From assembly GCA_963720755.1 (NCBI GenBank), contig CAVRGP010000011.1, positions 903,979 to 967,978 on the forward strand: 64,000 nucleotides of DNA, read 5' to 3'. The translations under genes and the position numbers were made by a program. Shown piece by piece: positions 41,871 to 53,819 of the stretch. The notes under the pieces were generated by a model, which worked only from the letters and a program-made list of their open reading frames with translations, made no database searches and was not told the DNA's origin. How positions within the stretch are numbered: position 1 is the first letter of the stretch; every line of letters starts with the position of its first letter. Source of the DNA: an uncultured Chloroflexia bacterium (lineage in GTDB: Bacteria > Chloroflexota > Limnocylindria > Limnocylindrales > CSP1-4).

Positions 41871-42290
41871 TCAGTCGGCGCTGACGCGGCGCCGAGCGTC
41901 GGATCCCGGCACCCCGCGGTCGGTCAACGCGGCCCCCAGCCCTTCGCAGTCCGCGACGGTCACATAGAGAGCCGGCGGGTGGACCGGGCCGACGCGGACC
42001 GGGGCGTGGAAGTCGATACGGACGCCTCCGCGAGCCGAGCTCCCGAAGGTGAGATCCGCGTGGCGCACGCTTCGGCGGACACCGATCGCCGTGATCGAAT
42101 GCCACGGACCCTCGATCCGCCACGAAACGATGTTCGTGAGTGGGGTCGTGACCTCGAACCGACCGAAGTGGGCAGTGAAGTCGACTTGGTCGACCAGGAC
42201 GTAGGCGTCGTCCACCGATCGGACCCCGAACAGTCCCAAGATCGGTCGTACGCGATCGTCGAGCCGGAACGGGAAGCGCAGCGGTGTCAT
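41871..42290 (-). CDS. Hypothetical protein (possible PH-like fold)
   Basis: MTPLRFPFR...AIGVRRS...LYVTVAD; fits the gene run. Confidence 0.7.
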   Translation of the reverse strand: MTPLRFPFRLDDRVRPILGLFGVRSVDDAYVLVDQVDFTAHFGRFEVTTPLTNIVSWRIEGPWHSITAIGVRRSVRHADLTFGSSARGGVRIDFHAPVRVGPVHPPALYVTVADCEGLGAALTDRGVPGSDARRRVSAD

Positions 42291-42316
42291 CGACGCATCA
42301 TCGCCTGTTCGATCGC

Positions 42317-43021
42317 TCAACGCAGCCGGTAGACGCCGGCCTGCTTGCGGTCCATGTCCTCGAGTTCCGTGGTCGTGCGGACGTCGTATGTTGCGAGCTC
42401 GATGAGGGTGTCGGTCGGCAGGTAGCGACGACCCGGGTCGCCGATCAGGACGTCCGTCCCGTTGGCGCGGCCGCGCTCGAGCCAGCGAAGGACGCGGTCG
42501 GCGAGCGGGCCCTCGTACCAGCAGTCGCCCGCGAGGATGACGTCCACCTCCGGCGGATCCTCGTCCAGCACGTCGCGACGGACGACCGTGACGCGCTGGC
42601 GATTGGCCCGGGCGTTCAGCCGGGTCGCCGCGCCGGCAAACGGATCGATGTCCGCACCGACGGCCGTCGTTGCCCCGGCCCGCTTCGCGGCGATCGCGCA
42701 TAGCCCGGAGCCCGTTCCGAGATCGAACGTCGTTCGGCCCCGGACCGCCTCGGGATGGTCGAGCAGGTACCGGCCGATCGCCAGGCCACCGGACCACGCG
42801 AACGCCCAGTAGGGGAGGGGCGCATCCAGATCGTCGGTTTCGACCTGGACCGCCCGCCACAACGGCAGCACCTCATCGGCCAGGTGCAGCCGGATGTCCT
42901 CGAGACCCGGGACCGGGCGCAGTCGGGCGTGCCGCAGGACGAATGAGCGAGTCGACGCGGCCACTAGGCCGGCCGGCCCGGATCGGGCGGATCGGTCATC
43001 GAATTCGGCGCATCGGCCCAT
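42317..43021 (-). CDS. SAM-dependent methyltransferase (Methyltransf_16/PrmA-like)
   Basis: PYWAFAWSGG, DLGTGSG, LAGDCWY, LIGDPGRRYLP; start uncertain. Confidence 0.88.
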   Translation of the reverse strand: MGRCAEFDDRSARSGPAGLVAASTRSFVLRHARLRPVPGLEDIRLHLADEVLPLWRAVQVETDDLDAPLPYWAFAWSGGLAIGRYLLDHPEAVRGRTTFDLGTGSGLCAIAAKRAGATTAVGADIDPFAGAATRLNARANRQRVTVVRRDVLDEDPPEVDVILAGDCWYEGPLADRVLRWLERGRANGTDVLIGDPGRRYLPTDTLIELATYDVRTTTELEDMDRKQAGVYRLR

Positions 43022-43051
43022 GCTGCCACGAATGGTCGTTCTGACGCCGGG

Positions 43052-43693
43052 TCAGTTGGCCCCCGTCGGATCGTCCGTCGGGTCGACCTTCAGCCCGAGC
43101 GCCTCAGCGATCACGATCGCCTGGTCGATATCGATCCGCGCCTGCTCCAGGTCGGCCGCGATCGGGTCGATCGATGATAGGTCGCTGCCGCGGAGATCCG
43201 TGCCCCGGAACGACGCTCGATGGAGCAGGGCTCCGGACAGGTCGACATCGCGCAGCGAGGTGCCATCGAAACGGGCGCCGGTGAGATCGGCTTCCCGCAT
43301 CCGAACGTCGCGGAATGTCGCGGATCGCAGATCCGCACCGCGCATCGCCACGAGCGACCAGTCGCCGCCGTCGACCTCGACCAGATCGAACGTGGACTCC
43401 TCGAACCGACTCCCGACGACCTTGCATCGGGTGAACCGAGTCTCGAAGAAGCGGCAGGCGACGAAGGTGCAGTTCGTGAACGCAGCATCGATATGCGTGG
43501 AGCCGTTGAACCGAACCCCACGGAAGGTGCAATCGGTGAACGCGGCTCCACGCTCGGTCAGGTCCGACAGGTCGGCACCGTCGAACAGGACCGCTTCGTG
43601 GCGGGTCGCGGACCACGGAGCGTCACGCCAGGCCGTGGCATCGAACGTCGACGTGGTCGGTGGGGGAGGGGAGCTTGACCGCGGATCGACCAT
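43052..43693 (-). CDS. Pentapeptide repeat protein
   Basis: Tandem A(D/S)(L/F)xx repeats (ADLRS, ADLTG, ARFDG, VDLSG, TDLRG). Confidence 0.92.
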   Translation of the reverse strand: MVDPRSSSPPPPTTSTFDATAWRDAPWSATRHEAVLFDGADLSDLTERGAAFTDCTFRGVRFNGSTHIDAAFTNCTFVACRFFETRFTRCKVVGSRFEESTFDLVEVDGGDWSLVAMRGADLRSATFRDVRMREADLTGARFDGTSLRDVDLSGALLHRASFRGTDLRGSDLSSIDPIAADLEQARIDIDQAIVIAEALGLKVDPTDDPTGAN

Positions 43694-43700
43694 GTGTCGC

Positions 43701-45392
43701 TCAGCCTCGCAGATCGCGCCGGGCGAAACCCCACGCGCCGACGGCGACGCCGGCGATCGCGAGCGCGGCCGCGACCACGACCCCCGTCGCGTCCCACTGG
43801 CCGACCATCGGCTGCCCGAAGTGCGCCGACAGGACGAGCGATTGGAGGGCATCGGGCAGGCCGAGCGCCGGGCCGAGGACGCCGATCGCCCAGGTGACGA
43901 TCGTCACGATGGCGACGAGGGCGCCGGCAAATCCGGTCCCGAACACGCCGCCGATCGCGAAGCCGATCCCGGTCATGGCCGCCGCGTATAGGCCGATGAC
44001 GACCGTGCCGGTGGCGGGCGTCACGATGTCGCCGCCGGTGAGACTTGCGCCGATGAGGATCCCGATCGCGGTGATCGCGACGACGAGCACGATGGCGAGT
44101 AGCGCCGCGACGCCCTCCGCGACCACCCAGCGCGCCCGGTCCAGCGGCGTGGCCAGCAGCATCTCGACCCGCCCCGACGTCTCGGTCGAGGCCCAGCGGC
44201 CGACCAGGGTGGCGGCGGCCAGGCCGGCCAGGACCAGGCCGAACCCGACGAAGACGAGTTCGAGGAAGCCTCCGACCGAGGCGAGGTCGACGCCCGGGAA
44301 GATCGTCTCGAGGAGGTCCATGAAACCTTGGGACTTGGCCAGCTGTTCGGTGAACGATCCACCTGACCCCGCCAGGACGAGCCCGAACAGCCCGAGTCCG
44401 ATGCCCCAGGACAGCGCGAGGTTGAGGTTCTCGCTTGCCGCTCGTGTCGTCGGGCCGCCGAGGCCCATCAGCGTCCGGGGAAGCGACGGCGTCGGCAGCA
44501 CGGTCGTCGCGCCGAGGTCGCGACGAGCGAACGCCTCGACTCCGACGATGGACAGGATGATCGCCACGGCCGCCACGGGAACGAGCGAGGGCCAATCGAA
44601 CTGACCGGCCAGTGGGATGTGGTCGGTCGTCCACCCGAACCAGGTCAGGTTGGCGAATGGAGCGAGTTCCGGGATGGCGACCTGGTAACCGTTGAGGATG
44701 AAGCCGGCGAACATGACCGCGCCGGCGAGGCCGACCGCGGCCCCGCGGCCCAGGAATGGCGCGATGACGAAGGCGACCGAGCCGGCAGCGAGGGCCAGCA
44801 GGCCGAGCCAGACGGCGTACGCGGCGGCCGCTCCGACGCTGATCTCGTCACCGGGGAGTTCGGCGACCGCGCTGCCGACGATGGCGACCGACACGAAGAC
44901 GACGGACATCGCGATCGTCAGCGCGAAGATGTGCGCGAACAACTTCTCGATCGCGATGCGCCGTCGGGTCATCGGCAGGGCGGCGATGAATTCCAAACTC
45001 CCGCGACGGGTCTCGATCGCGAGCGTGCCGGACAGGGCCAGGATGGACCAGAGGCCGACGATCAGCGGGAAGAATGTCCCGTACTTGTACTGGACGTAGC
45101 CGCCGATCGTGTCGACGTTGACGGGCTTGCCGGCCAAGCCGGCCAGGATCGGTGGAACGGCCCGGATGAGGTCGGCCAGCTCCTGGCGCGAGGCCGGGGT
45201 CGAGAACTCCGATGCGACAGCGACGCTGACCATGAGCAGGAGCAGGCCCAGCACGGCCGCGACCACGATCGTCGCCCGTCTCGAGTCGCGCAACGTCTTG
45301 GCGAAGACGCTGCCGAGCCCATAGAAGCGGCTGCGACGGCTCGGCCGGATCGTGGTCCTGTTCGCGAGCGGTCGTCCCGTGATGGCCGCCAC
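43701..45392 (-). CDS. ABC-2 type exporter permease (duplicated)
   Basis: Two ETxxGxxE.L..P..R halves, ~12 TMs. Confidence 0.88.
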   Translation of the reverse strand: MAAITGRPLANRTTIRPSRRSRFYGLGSVFAKTLRDSRRATIVVAAVLGLLLLMVSVAVASEFSTPASRQELADLIRAVPPILAGLAGKPVNVDTIGGYVQYKYGTFFPLIVGLWSILALSGTLAIETRRGSLEFIAALPMTRRRIAIEKLFAHIFALTIAMSVVFVSVAIVGSAVAELPGDEISVGAAAAYAVWLGLLALAAGSVAFVIAPFLGRGAAVGLAGAVMFAGFILNGYQVAIPELAPFANLTWFGWTTDHIPLAGQFDWPSLVPVAAVAIILSIVGVEAFARRDLGATTVLPTPSLPRTLMGLGGPTTRAASENLNLALSWGIGLGLFGLVLAGSGGSFTEQLAKSQGFMDLLETIFPGVDLASVGGFLELVFVGFGLVLAGLAAATLVGRWASTETSGRVEMLLATPLDRARWVVAEGVAALLAIVLVVAITAIGILIGASLTGGDIVTPATGTVVIGLYAAAMTGIGFAIGGVFGTGFAGALVAIVTIVTWAIGVLGPALGLPDALQSLVLSAHFGQPMVGQWDATGVVVAAALAIAGVAVGAWGFARRDLRG

Positions 45393-45393
45393 G

Positions 45394-46292
<899 letters not shown>

Positions 46293-46296
<4 letters not shown>

Positions 46297-46997
46297 CCGG
46301 TCTCCTTTGTGGGTTGATCGAACCACCAGCGCAGCGTGCGTTCATCGAGGAGATGGAGGGATTCATCCGGCAGACCCAACACGCGTTCGAGCGCCACCGT
46401 ATAGGCGCCGAAGGTCCGCATGATCGACTCGATGGACTGGGTCCCCGCCTGGTAGGCGACGAACAGGTGGCCGGCCATCTCGTTGAGCGCCTGGACCAGT
46501 GACACGACCACGAAGGCGGCGTCATCCGGGTCATCGACGTCCATCGATCCCTCGCGCCTGCCCTGACCGATGATCGCGCCCATCAGCGGCGCCATGCGGG
46601 TCATCAGGAACCGGCGGAACTTCTCGCGAACGACGGCGTTGTCGTCGGACAGCCAGATTTCGAGGATCGCCATGACCAGGTCACGACGCTCCGCCTTGAA
46701 CCGGCCGATCGACGAGAAGACGAGTTCGAGCTTGGCCGGAGCGGTCAACGCCGGGTCATCGAGGACGCTCATGAGCGACGCGATCGCCGCATCGCCCATC
46801 CGGTCGATCACCGCCTCAAGTAGCGCCTGCTTCGAGTCGAAGTAGTGATAGAACGCGCCCCTTGAGGCACCCACCGCATCAAGGACGTCCTGGATGCTCG
46901 TCCGCTCATAGCCCTTGGATTGGATCAGTGCGGCCGCCGCGTCGACGAACGCATCCCGCCTGACCGCGTGTTCCTCGACCTTGACCGCCCGTGCCAC
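46293..46997 (-). CDS. TetR family transcriptional regulator
   Basis: GYERTSIQDV...SRGAFYHYFDSK HTH. Confidence 0.94.
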
Positions 46998-47027
46998 GCT
47001 CGCACCACCACTGCCAGGGATTGATAA

Positions 47028-47052
47028 ACCGACTGTCGGTCTGAGAATAGCA
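47028..47052 (-). promoter_or_regulatory. Extended -10 and TetR operator
   Basis: Minus-strand TGC-TATTCT (47052-47044) followed by palindrome ACCGAC-T-GTCGGT (47028-47040). Confidence 0.7.
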
Positions 47053-47080
47053 CCAAGTGAGCCGTCTGGTGGGCGGCGCG

Positions 47081-47443
47081 TCAGTCCTCGGATGTAGCCA
47101 TGAAGCCCCGCACCTCGACCGGCTCGCCAGTGGCGAGGGCGACCCTGGCCGCCCAGGCACGAGCCTCCACCGGACTGGCCGCGTCGATGATGTAGAACCC
47201 GCCGATCTGCTCCTTCGTTTCGGCGAACGGGCCGTCCGTCGTGAGGATCTTCCCGCCCGAACTGCGCACCACTGCCGCGTCCTCGGCCTCCTCGAGGCGG
47301 CCACTGAAATACCAGGCACCCGTCCGGTGCATCTCGGCCTCGAGTTCGGCGATCTGCTGCCAGGATGCCGCCTGCTGTTCTTCGGTCATCGGTTCGGATC
47401 GCGCCTCACCGGTGCGGTGGATGGACAAGAGGTATTTCGGCAT
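47081..47443 (-). CDS. YciI (DGPF) family protein
   Basis: TDGPFAETKEQIGGFY; SD AAGGAG. Confidence 0.92.
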   Translation of the reverse strand: MPKYLLSIHRTGEARSEPMTEEQQAASWQQIAELEAEMHRTGAWYFSGRLEEAEDAAVVRSSGGKILTTDGPFAETKEQIGGFYIIDAASPVEARAWAARVALATGEPVEVRGFMATSED

Positions 47444-47518
47444 CGTGGGCTCCTTCGGGCGGATGCCCAACGATACGCGACCGCGGTGGAGCCCAGGACT
47501 TTCGTTCGATAGGCCGGC

Positions 47519-47720
47519 ATGACTTCTGCTGCTTGACTGCTGCTGTGCCGCAGCAGTCGCACCGCAGGATCCCGGGGATGTCGTCTCCGGTCGAGCCCGG
47601 CGCGGTCAGAGGCCCACGCCTTGCCTGGTGGCGCCCGACCCGGGGATCTCGGGCCGCCGTCCGATCACCGGTCGCCTATGACGGTTGAGGAACCGGAACG
47701 TCAGCAAGCAGCAGGAGGTC
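47519..47720 (+). promoter_or_regulatory. Candidate structured leader RNA with 5-codon uORF and anti-SD
   Basis: uORF ATG ACT TCT GCT GCT TGA; 47521-35 is complementary to 47705-20 (contains SD); alternative hairpin 47524-69. Confidence 0.45.
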
Positions 47721-47726
47721 GAACCC

Positions 47727-48863
47727 ATGCCGGTCGCCAAAGCGGGTCCCAACCAGTATCTCCTTGTCGGACGCCGCGGAACCCTTGAGAATCGGGGCAC
47801 CGCGGTCCAGGTGTTCCTGCGTCCAGGGACGGTCTTCGTCCTCGTCCCGAGCACGAAGCAGGAAGCCAGCTTCGAATTCACCCAGGAAACGAAGGACGGC
47901 GTGCCGTTGCGCTTCAAGGGCACGTACATCTACCGGATCGTCGAGCCCGTTGCCGCGGCCCGACTGTTCGATTTCACGGGCGGCGACGGGGTCGGGCAGA
48001 TCACCACGCTGCTCACCCACGTGTGTCTCGGCGAACTCCGCCACGCCGTGTCGCACATGACGATGGTCGAGTGCGTCGAGCAGCGAAAGACGACCCTCAG
48101 TGGTGTCGTCGAAGCCGCCCTGGAGTCGACCATCCAGGCGACAGACGACAACACGACCTGGGGGATCGAGGTCGAAGCCGCGCTGGTCGCGCAGGTCTTC
48201 ATCGTCGATGCCAAGCTCCGCCAGCAACTGGAGGCGGAGGTTCGGAACGAGATCAAGCTCAAGAGCGACCGGTCCGACCTCAAGGCCCAGGAAGAGTTCC
48301 AGCTCGCCGAACTGACGTCCACGAGCCGAGTCCAGGAGCAGAAGCTCGCCACGGATCGGGACGACCTCCGACGCCGGGAAGAACTCGAGCTGGCGGATCT
48401 CGCCCGCCAGCGCCGGATGCAGGCAGAAAGTCTCGCGACCGACCTCCAGGCACTCGAGTTGGAGCAACAACGGTTCCACAACCAGTCGGACATCGACCAG
48501 GATCGGGTCAACACCGAAGCGCCGGTCCGGCTGCTTCGGATCGAGACGGAGAACCGGATCCTCCGCGAGGAGCTGGCGTTGCGCGACCTGCAGAACCAGG
48601 TCAGGGCGCTCGATGTGAACGGCGAGCTGTTGCTTGCCCGGGCCCAGCAGGAGATGCGCCTCCAGATGTTGCCGGTGGAACAGGCGCCGCGGATCGTCGA
48701 GTCCGCGTCCAAAGTGCTCCACGGTACGAACCTGTCGATCTACGGCGAGAACGGCCAGCTCATCGAGCAACTCGCCCCGATCTTCGAACTCCTCACGCGA
48801 TCGGTCCGTGAGGCCACCCAGGATCGAGCGGTAACGGAACCTGAGGCGGTCCAGTCAGCCTGA
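47727..48863 (+). CDS. SPFH/band-7 (flotillin-like) protein with coiled coil
   Basis: TKDGVPL.F.G...YRI, WGIEVE, long E/Q/R coiled coil; SD AGGAGG 47713-18. Confidence 0.82.
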   Translation: MPVAKAGPNQYLLVGRRGTLENRGTAVQVFLRPGTVFVLVPSTKQEASFEFTQETKDGVPLRFKGTYIYRIVEPVAAARLFDFTGGDGVGQITTLLTHVCLGELRHAVSHMTMVECVEQRKTTLSGVVEAALESTIQATDDNTTWGIEVEAALVAQVFIVDAKLRQQLEAEVRNEIKLKSDRSDLKAQEEFQLAELTSTSRVQEQKLATDRDDLRRREELELADLARQRRMQAESLATDLQALELEQQRFHNQSDIDQDRVNTEAPVRLLRIETENRILREELALRDLQNQVRALDVNGELLLARAQQEMRLQMLPVEQAPRIVESASKVLHGTNLSIYGENGQLIEQLAPIFELLTRSVREATQDRAVTEPEAVQSA

Positions 48864-48964
48864 CCTTCCTGGCACCCAGTCGATCGCATCGCCGGCCGCT
48901 TACCATTGGCGGCGACGCGATCCACGTACGGCGGCGGGTCGGAGACCGATGGGAGGAGGCCTCC

Positions 48965-51026
48965 GTGGCCAGATTGGAGTACCCGGTGCCGCCGACCGCG
49001 GAGCAGGTCGATGACTATCACGGGATCAGCATCGCGGACCCGTACCGTCCGCTCGAGGATGCTGACGGACCGGCGACGCGCGAATGGGTCCAGACAGAGA
49101 ACGCGCTGTCGGAGCGCGTGCTCGCGGAGGTCCCGGCCAGGACCTCGATCCGTCGGCGCCTTGCCGAGGTCTGGGACTACCCGCGGATCGGCGCGCCCTG
49201 GTGCCGCGGGGATCGCTGGTTCCAGCTTCGAAATACCGGCCTTCAGGATCAGGATGTCCTGTGGATGGCGGACGCACCGGGGGGCGCCGGGGCCGTCCTG
49301 ATCGACCCGAACGGTCTCGGCGAGGGCGGCACGACGACTCTGGCCGATGCCGTCGTGTCCGAGAGTGGCGCGTTCGTCGCCTATGCGCTCGGCGAGGCCG
49401 GGTCGGACTGGCGGACCTGGAAGGTGCGCCGGACGGACAACACGGGAAGACATGGCCGATCGGATCCCGTGGGCAAAGTTCAGCTCGGCCGCATGGACCC
49501 ACGACGACGCCGGCTTCTTCTACGGACGCTTCCCAGAGCCACCAGCGGAGATGGCGCTCGAGACGCCGAATCTCGACATGGAGATCCGGTACCACCGGCT
49601 CGGAACGGCCCCGACCGACGATCTGCTCGTGTACTCGAGGCCGGACGAGCCCGAGTGGGGGTTCGAGCCCGAGCTCTCCGAGGACGGCGGCCTGCTGATC
49701 GTCATCATCGGGCGCGGGACGGATCCGGAGACGCGGATCCATGTCGCCGACCTGCGCGACGGCGTCGCAGCGGCGGTCGTGCGGCCGCTGCTCGATGCGG
49801 CGGACGCCCATTACGAACCGATCGCCACGATCGACCGAACGATGTACCTCCTGACCGACCTTGGCGCCCCACTGGGTCGGGTGATCGCCCTCGACATCGA
49901 CCACCCGGCGCAGGTGCAAGAGGTCGTCCCGGAGGGCGACGACGCGATCGAACGGGTGCGCCTGGTCGGTGGTCGGCTGGCCGTCGACTTCCTGCACCAC
50001 GGCCATCACCGGCTCGCGATCTTCGAACGCGACGGGCGCCACGTGACCGAGGTCGAACTGCCCGGAGTCGGGGCCATCGTGGACATGCAGGGCCGGGTGA
50101 CCGACCCGGACCTCTATCTGACGTTCATGACCTTCACGGTCCCCGCGTCGCTCCTTGCCGTCCGGATGGCGGACGGAACGGCGCAGTCGATGTCCGAAGT
50201 GGCATCGTCGTGGGACCCTGCTGCCTTCGTGTCAGAGCAGGTTTTCGTCACCTCGGACGACGGCACCGAGATCCCGCTCTTCCTCACCCGCCGAAGGGAT
50301 CTGGCACCCACGGGTGAGGTGCCGACCCTGCTCTACGGCTACGGAGGCTTCCGGGTCCCCATCGGTCCGACGTTCAAACCGGAGTGGCTGGTCTGGGTGG
50401 AGCGGGGCGGCCTGCTGGCGGTGGCATCGCTTCGCGGGGGAGGGGAGTACGGCGCGGGCTGGCACGACGCTGGGCGCCTGGAGCACAAGCAGAATGTGTT
50501 CGACGATTTCTCGGCGTGCGCACGGTGGCTGGTGTCGTCAGGCTGGACTCGCCGCGAGCGGCTCGGCATCTCGGGCCGATCCAATGGGGGCCTGCTCGTC
50601 GGCGCCAGTCTCACCCAGCATCCGGACCTGTTCGGTGCCGCCATCGCCGAGGTCGGCGTCATGGACATGCTCCGCTTCCACCGGTTCACCATCGGCTGGG
50701 CCTGGTCGAGTGACTACGGCACGGCCGACGACCCCGACCAGTTCCGGACACTGCTCGGGTATTCGCCGCTGCACAACATCCGGGCCGGGGTTGCCTATCC
50801 GCCGACGCTGGTGACGACCGGTGACCACGACGATCGCGTGGTGCCCGGCCACTCCCTCAAGTTCGCGGCCGCGCTCCAGGCAGCTCAGGCCGGTGATGCG
50901 CCGATCCTCCTCCGAGTCGATACCGATGCCGGGCACGGCCAGGGCAAGCCGGTCGGCAAGCAGCTCGATGAGCGGGCGGACGTGCTGACCTTCCTGGAGG
51001 CGGTCCTGACCCCGGTCGGCCGATGA
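48965..51026 (+). pseudogene. Prolyl oligopeptidase (S9A), one frameshift at ~49440
   Basis: DPYRPLED in first frame; YGYGGF, GRSNGG, DHDDRV, AGHG in second; may be an assembly error. Confidence 0.88.
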
Positions 51027-52003
51027 GGGCCGCGATCCGCGACCGCTACGGTCCGGTTGACGTCGTATCGGTCCGCAAGATCGACGATCCCGTGCCGGTC
51101 GCTGACGAAGTCCTCGTTCGCGTCCGGGCGGCGTCGATCAATCGGGCCGACCTCGACGTGCTGGGCCCTCGGCCCGCCATCACCCGGCTGTATCTCGGAC
51201 TGCGCGCACCGAGGCACCGCGGGGTCGGTTGCGACGTCGCAGGCACGGTCGAGGCCGTCGGCCCGGACGTGACCCGGTTCAAGGTCGGAGACGACGTCTT
51301 CGGCGACATGTTCCCGTTCGGACTGGGCAGCTTCGCCGAGTTCAAGTGCGCACCCGAGCGAGCGTTCCTGGCGATCCCGCCGGGACTGACGATGGACGAC
51401 GCGGCGACGCTTCCACATGCCGCGACCCTGGCGATCCAGGGACTCCGTCGCCGCGACGGGCGAACGGTCACTGCGGGGCAACGGGTCCTCATCGACGGTG
51501 CGTCGGGGAATGTCGGTCCGTTCGCCGTCCAGATCGCCAAGGCGCTGGGTGCGGAGGTGACCGGCGTGTGCAGTTCGAACAAGCTCGAGTTCGTACGGTC
51601 CCTCGGTGCGGACCACGTGGTCGACTACCGAGCGGTCGACGTGACGGCGACCGGTGAGCGGTACGACTGGATCCTCGACGTGGACAGCCACCATCCGTTG
51701 CTCCGCTGGCGGCGAAGTCTTCGTCCGGGCGGTACGTACGTGACGCTCGGTGGCTCGACGTCCCGGCTGATCAGCACGATGGCGGCGGGACCCGTTGTGT
51801 CGATCGCGACCGGTCGCTCGATGGGCCTCATGCTCTGGTGGAAGCCGTTCCGGGGGGACGATGTCGCGGCGCTGGCCGAACTCGTGCGTTCCGGCGCGGT
51901 CATCCCGGCGATCGATCGGCGGTTCGGGCTCGATGATGTGGTCGAGGCGCTCCGCTACGTCGACGAGGGGCACCCGAAGGGCAAGGTCCTGATCTCCACA
52001 TGA
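51023..52003 (+). CDS. NAD(P)-dependent MDR family oxidoreductase
   Basis: VLVRVRAASIN, GCDVAGTV, GASGNVG, HPKGKV. Confidence 0.92.
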   Translation: MRAAIRDRYGPVDVVSVRKIDDPVPVADEVLVRVRAASINRADLDVLGPRPAITRLYLGLRAPRHRGVGCDVAGTVEAVGPDVTRFKVGDDVFGDMFPFGLGSFAEFKCAPERAFLAIPPGLTMDDAATLPHAATLAIQGLRRRDGRTVTAGQRVLIDGASGNVGPFAVQIAKALGAEVTGVCSSNKLEFVRSLGADHVVDYRAVDVTATGERYDWILDVDSHHPLLRWRRSLRPGGTYVTLGGSTSRLISTMAAGPVVSIATGRSMGLMLWWKPFRGDDVAALAELVRSGAVIPAIDRRFGLDDVVEALRYVDEGHPKGKVLIST

Positions 52004-52010
52004 CGCGTAC

Positions 52011-52601
52011 CTAGCCGGCGTCGAGCGGCTGGGTGTCGTCCGGACCGAAGGCCAGGCCGGTCCGCTGCCACCCCGCGTACGTCGTGACGATGCCGTCGTC
52101 ATCGACCGCGAGCTCCGCGACGAAGTCCCCGCTCGCATAGCGATACGTGAACGGATCCAGCCGTGTGTAGGTTTGCGGAGCGTTGAAGACCGTGAGGTCG
52201 GGAAAGCGGATCCACGCCGCCTTGATCGTCTTGGATGCCCCGACGGCCAGGTCGAGCCGGCGGATCGGGAGCGTGTTCGTGGACGGGCTACATCCCAGGT
52301 CGACGTCCGCGCAGCCTCGTAGTGCCCGAACGGGTACGCCATCGACGACCCAGTTGCCCTTCGGATCGCGCTCGAGGACCGTCGTCCGGACGTCGAACCC
52401 GCGGAGGTCGCGGACGTGGGCCGCGCTTGTCATCCCGGCGGCATCCGTGAGCACCCGATACTCGATCCTGACCGGAACGCCACCCTCGGCGCCGAGCACG
52501 GTCCCGACCAGCGACATCCCATTGCCACGGATCGTGACCGTGCAATGCTCATCCGTCGCCACCTCGTCGGTCCGGCGCCAAGTGACTCGTCTCGTCGTCA
52601 T
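52011..52601 (-). CDS. Putative glycolipid-binding domain protein
   Basis: DVDLGCSPSTNTLPIRRL, QTYTRL, VDDDG.V..Y. Confidence 0.85.
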   Translation of the reverse strand: MTTRRVTWRRTDEVATDEHCTVTIRGNGMSLVGTVLGAEGGVPVRIEYRVLTDAAGMTSAAHVRDLRGFDVRTTVLERDPKGNWVVDGVPVRALRGCADVDLGCSPSTNTLPIRRLDLAVGASKTIKAAWIRFPDLTVFNAPQTYTRLDPFTYRYASGDFVAELAVDDDGIVTTYAGWQRTGLAFGPDDTQPLDAG

Positions 52602-52754
52602 GCCTCTCCTCGCTCGCGGTGAGGGTACCGCGCCTCAGTTCGATCGCGACGTCGCGCGCAGGCCGACCGGCCCGCAGGAAACCGTCGAATCGCCCTAGGC
52701 GCGGGTCCAGTCTGACGCGAATGCTGGAGTCCCCACACCGGACCGGAGGCACCA

Positions 52755-53430
52755 ATGGCGACGAATGCGATCACCAGACTCGCCGGTACCAGGCGCGTCG
52801 ATGCTCGAACCATCGTGCTCGACCTGCGGATCGCCGGGATCCTGGCCATCCTTGCGGGCGCCGGCATCCTGATGGCGATCATCACCGCCGAGGCCCTGTA
52901 TCCGGCGGCGTACTCGACGGCCGCGAATGCCATCAGCGACCTCGGCGGGACTGAGCCGCCGGATAGCGTGGTCCTGCAGCCGTCGGCCATGATCTTCGAC
53001 CTGACCATGATGGTCGCCGGCCTGTTCGTGGTCGCGGCCGCTTGGTTCGTCCACCGCGTGTACGGCCGCTGGTCCCTGTCGATCCCGATGGGCGTCCTCG
53101 GCGTATCCGCGCTCGGCGTCGGCCTGTTCCCGGGCGACACGGGTACGCCACATGCGCTCTGTTCGCGATGGCCTGCTTCGTCTCCGGTGGTGTCGCGGGA
53201 CTGACAGCCGCGATCGTGACGGACCGGGATTCCGCTGGGTGTCGGCGGCGTTGGGCGCGGTCAGCCTGCTCTGCCTCGGATCGTACGTCGTGCTCGGTGA
53301 CGCCAGTCCGCTGATGGAGCTCGGGATCGGTGGTCTCGAGCGATGGATCGTCTATCCGATCGTGATCTGGCTCATCGCGTTCGGCGCCTACCTGATGGGC
53401 ACGGCGGACGTACGGGATGTCGCTGGCTAG
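52755..53430 (+). pseudogene. DUF998 membrane protein, two frameshifts (~53158, ~53222)
   Basis: ISDLG, GVGLFP, H...FA, GLGGLER-like motif (GIGGLERWIVYP) spread over three frames. Confidence 0.75.
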
Positions 53431-53467
53431 CCGACCGGATCCCGCGTGCGCGGAGTACGCTCCATCG

Positions 53468-53725
53468 ATGCGATCTGCCCCCACGCTCCTGCTCGTCCTG
53501 TCCTTCCCGGCCGGGTTGCTTGGCTACGCGGTGGGTGCGTCGGTCCTGACGGCGATGGGCGTGCAGGACGTCCTGGTCGCGTTCTTGTCCTTGTTCGTGG
53601 CCGGCCTGGTCATGCTGCCGTTCCTGATCCCGTTCTTCGATCGCAAGGCGAAAGCGGACCTCGCCGCCCATCGCCAGACGACCGATCCTGCCGCGAACGA
53701 AACCGACGAACAACCGGGCCGCTGA
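53468..53725 (+). CDS. Small two-TM membrane protein
   Basis: Two hydrophobic helices; TACGCT 6 nt upstream of ATG. Confidence 0.65.
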   Translation: MRSAPTLLLVLSFPAGLLGYAVGASVLTAMGVQDVLVAFLSLFVAGLVMLPFLIPFFDRKAKADLAAHRQTTDPAANETDEQPGR

Positions 53726-53819
53726 TCGACGATCCTGGTGGCCCCGCGCGCATGGGACGGTACTGTTCGAACCACGCGGCGCGACGTCGCCAGTCGAAGA
53801 CATGGACGAGGAGACCCAG

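Noticed and set aside
47519-47720. Known riboswitch such as c-di-AMP, SAM or cobalamin
   Set aside because: Consensus motifs could not be matched by eye; kept only as an unclassified candidate
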